Shown here: in pieces, positions 61,110 to 64,000 of the stretch
How the letters are laid out: each line of letters opens with the position of its first letter
Numbering within the stretch: the first letter of the stretch is position 1
DNA from: Candidatus Bathyarchaeota archaeon
GTDB lineage: Archaea > Thermoproteota > Bathyarchaeia > Bathyarchaeales > Bathycorpusculaceae
Assembly (NCBI GenBank): GCA_963702095.1
Contig: OY969706.1
Span: 1,056,001-1,120,000 of the forward strand
Direction: 5' to 3'
DNA length: 64,000 nt
The notes under the pieces: generated by a model
What the model saw: the letters and a program-made list of their open reading frames with translations, nothing else
The model's database searches: none
What the model was told of the DNA's origin: nothing
Program-made: the position numbers and the translations under genes

Positions 61110-61787
61110 AATTTATTGACCATTTCTCAGTTCTCCCGGTTCAGGTTTGATGCAATACTCTTTTCTGTTTTTGTCTCTGGGTGTGGCAATCCACAGGGCA
61201 CCACAAGATTGCAGTTGGGCACGGTTGCTTTTTGGGATTGCAACGTTTTTTGGCGTCTGTTTCGGTGGGGGATATGCGTTTTCTTCCACATGCCCTGCAT
61301 GGCTCTATGCAAAGGCGGTCGCGGTGTGGATGTGGAAGCATGTTGAGTCTTCTTAAGAATTCACATGATAGCAATGTATAAGTGCAATGCAGTCGGCGCA
61401 CTGGCATCGCCCATTCAACAACTTCCAAACATCCTTCACTTCCAAACCCCTCACCCAACCGCCGCCTATAAGCAATTTTGGCGCTTAAAAAGCACAATTA
61501 AAAACACCATACAAAACCACAAAAAGGCGGCCACCTGCCTCCCTACTACCTGCATTGCGTAAAACGCACGGTTCCACCTAGTCGCTACCCTCTCTCTATA
61601 GGTTTGTGCATACATCTGATATTTGGATCTTGATATGTTGGCGCAGAACGCAACAGACGTGCGGTTAACGTGGAATCAATGCATAGCCCAGGGTTGGCGG
61701 TATTTCTGTTTGTTGTGTTTGGGCTATGTTAGTGCTTTTCTGCTAGGCGTTTCGCTTGTTTAAGACCTTTGATGGCCCAGGTGTTCT

Positions 61788-62732
61788 TTATGAGGGTAAG
61801 CGGGCGGCTACTGCGCCGATTATCAGCCGCTCTGAGAACCCTGAAACAAACGCCAACGCAAAAATCAAGTAGATACTGACCGTTAGGTCGGCTACTTGCA
61901 CTAATCCTGCGATAACAAAGATTGCGATTATGATGGCTGCTGCGAAGCCTATGATGGGTTTGGCGATGGTCATCCATTTGTTGAGTAACCGTTCTGGGGT
62001 GTCGCTTTTTAATGCAAAAGCCTGCTGTAAACCCAGCAAGCCGCTGATGGCTCCGCCTGAGCCTCCGAGTAAACCTATGGTGAACCAGAACAGCCAGTTC
62101 TCCGTGGGCACTGCTCCGGCGCTGGGGACTAGCGTAAGAGTGATGATAGATGCTACACTTAATGCTAACGCTATCACGGTTAAGGTTGCGAGCTGTTGCA
62201 TTGTCAACTCCAGATAGATGTATTTGTTGTTGTAGTAGTTCTGCACGATTCTTCTGCATTCAATTACGTTGTCCAGTTTTATGGGTGAACTGAGTTTCCA
62301 GCCGCCGTTTCCCGAATCCTGCCCTATTAACCTGCGGATATTCTGTTTGGCACCCTCATTTAGCATGGAGGTGTCTTCATAGAGAAGTTTCCCCGCTTTC
62401 GCATCAACCTCAGCGGGATCCATCAATCGATAAGTAACAAGCTCAGCGTTATAGTATAATGCCCAAGCGTTTTGAGCTCTGCCCTCTTTGAGTTCAGCTC
62501 GGGATTTGTTGACATACAAAAGCGCTTTTTGCGCAACTGAAACATTGGCGGGTACAGGCGGGTTTTTGATGTATTGATCTAAAAACTCTTCCATCGGCGC
62601 AAGTTCTAGTTCGAGTTGTTTTTGGGAAGTAGATTTGAGCCAGTTCCAATCGGGCAGCTTCAAGTTAACCCTTCTGTTTGCCAGATTCTCTAGTGAAGAG
62701 TTGTAGTTTACAAACCTTTCCACGTTTGTCAT
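61788..62732 (-). CDS. Membrane protein with 4 C-terminal TM helices
   Basis: GLLGGSGGAIS, KPIIG, AFVSGFSER motifs. Confidence 0.8.
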   Translation of the reverse strand: MTNVERFVNYNSSLENLANRRVNLKLPDWNWLKSTSQKQLELELAPMEEFLDQYIKNPPVPANVSVAQKALLYVNKSRAELKEGRAQNAWALYYNAELVTYRLMDPAEVDAKAGKLLYEDTSMLNEGAKQNIRRLIGQDSGNGGWKLSSPIKLDNVIECRRIVQNYYNNKYIYLELTMQQLATLTVIALALSVASIITLTLVPSAGAVPTENWLFWFTIGLLGGSGGAISGLLGLQQAFALKSDTPERLLNKWMTIAKPIIGFAAAIIIAIFVIAGLVQVADLTVSIYLIFALAFVSGFSERLIIGAVAARLPS

Positions 62733-62748
62733 ACAACGGATTTAGCGT

Positions 62749-63555
62749 TTGAGAGTAAAACACAAAAAGAACTATCGCCCCAATACACTTATGACGACTA
62801 AGAAACATACATGTCTATGGCTTGACGAATTAAGCACCCAAGAAGCCGCTCAAGCCGCAAAAGACGGCAAAGTCATAATCTTTCCCTTAGGCAGCGTTGA
62901 AGAACACGGCGACCACTTGCCCCTGTGCACAGACAGCATCCAACCCGAATACATCGCACTCGAAGTCGCCAAGAAAACCGGATGTTTGGTTGCGCCACCG
63001 CTCCGCTATGGCATCTGCAACGCCACCCGCAACTTTCCAGGAACCCTCACCATACAGTTTGATACTCTCTACCGATTGGCGCATGACGTCCTAAGTGAGC
63101 TTGTTCGGAACGGCTTCAAAAAAATAATCGTTATGAGCGGTCACGCTGGCAACTCGCATATGGTTGCGCTGCGGTTGGCGGCACAGGACATAGTGGTGGC
63201 CAACGACGCCAAAGGCGACGAGGTCAGGATTTTGGTGCTCTCGGACTTTGATTTTGCGGTGGAGTTAACGCCTCAGTATGCTGCGGTGAAGGATGGCCAC
63301 GCTGGCACCTTGGAGACTTCACGGGTGATGGCGATTAAGCCTGAACTAATCAAAGGCAAAGGCACCGCGGCAGTGTGGAATATGCCCCGTTTCGAGGTGG
63401 TTGCGCATCCGGAGCTGGGTTTTCCAAGCGGAGTCAACGGAGACCCAACCGAAGCCTCTGCTGAGAAAGGAGAAAAAATCAACCGATACATTATTGAAAA
63501 AGTTGTGGGGTTGATTCAATCCTTAAACAGTGGATCAAAAAATTCGGTGTTTTGA
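62749..63555 (+). CDS. Creatininase/mycofactocin-peptidase family amidohydrolase
   Basis: PLGSVEEHGDHLPLCTD, FPGT, GHAGN, HAG..ETS, GVNGDP; start probably the ATG at 62791. Confidence 0.93.
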   Translation: MRVKHKKNYRPNTLMTTKKHTCLWLDELSTQEAAQAAKDGKVIIFPLGSVEEHGDHLPLCTDSIQPEYIALEVAKKTGCLVAPPLRYGICNATRNFPGTLTIQFDTLYRLAHDVLSELVRNGFKKIIVMSGHAGNSHMVALRLAAQDIVVANDAKGDEVRILVLSDFDFAVELTPQYAAVKDGHAGTLETSRVMAIKPELIKGKGTAAVWNMPRFEVVAHPELGFPSGVNGDPTEASAEKGEKINRYIIEKVVGLIQSLNSGSKNSVF

Positions 63556-63760
63556 CTATTGAGGTTAAAGGGCTCTTCGGGTCTGCTTGAGGTTTGCTCC
63601 ACAACCAGCCGGCAACCCAAAACCGTTGCAGAACAAAAAACACAGCCGCCCACCAAAGCCACAGGAAGAAGAAGAGTAAGGGCGCCTATGCCTTCATCTA
63701 ACACTAGAAAAAACAAAATACCCCACATAATCCATTGGCTAAAAAACGAACAGAGGGATT

Positions 63761-64000
63761 CTACGCGGGTGCCGGCATTTCTGAAGTTTCAGGCGTCGCC
63801 ACCCCTGCCTCGCGGAACAGCCGCCGAATCGCCCCAGGCATATTAGCCGCAACCTTACACAACTCGCCGCCGCCCATGCGCCTGTTAAGGATGCCTACCA
63901 CAGTTACAAACGCGTCTTCAGTGTTTATTATGTCACGCATCGAAGCATCATAGTTTATCTGTATGTACTCAAGGAAGCTTTCGAGGTCGCGGATACGCAG
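63761..64000 (-). CDS. DUF2267-like protein C-terminus, truncated by window edge
   Basis: Open minus frame RDLESFLEYI...VVGILNRRMGGGELCKVAANMPGAIRRLF to TAG at 63761. Confidence 0.6.
   Translation of the reverse strand: MRIRDLESFLEYIQINYDASMRDIINTEDAFVTVVGILNRRMGGGELCKVAANMPGAIRRLFREAGVATPETSEMPAPA

Noticed and set aside
61116-61730. Short Cys-rich overlapping ORFs or an ncRNA in this gap
   Set aside because: Several mutually overlapping short ORFs with no recognisable motif; no SRP or RNase P signature seen

Overview
Archaeal DNA, most likely Bathyarchaeia/TACK-like. This lineage call is inferred from the CdvA-like protein, the archaeal-type tRNA and the T-rich terminators. The centre is a ~48-kb integrated head-tail provirus bounded by a 15-bp direct repeat (TGGCGGGTCCGACGG at 10541-10555 and 58504-58518) that equals the 3' end of tRNA-Lys(UUU). 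It carries a tyrosine integrase and an HK97-type virion module in an unusual order, with a -1 frameshifting tail chaperone and an ABC-ATPase/GNAT gene directly after the terminase. Its cargo is two tandem ABC-transporter cassettes with repeated borders and a ~12-kb defence island. The island centres on a catalytically inactive long prokaryotic Argonaute, coupled to a DUF2797-like Zn/GIY-YIG-type protein, a PD-(D/E)XK nuclease and a helicase-nuclease, with a HEPN-like gene and a Hel308-nuclease fusion on the opposite strand. Left of the provirus is more accessory DNA: a MazF module, a 1976-aa multi-enzyme (sugar dehydrogenase, glycosyltransferases, kinase-like, methyltransferase) with a SLOG partner, and a nuclease. 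Right of the tRNA are ordinary host genes. About eight single-base frameshifts are probably assembly errors. All calls come from motif recognition by eye; no searches were run.
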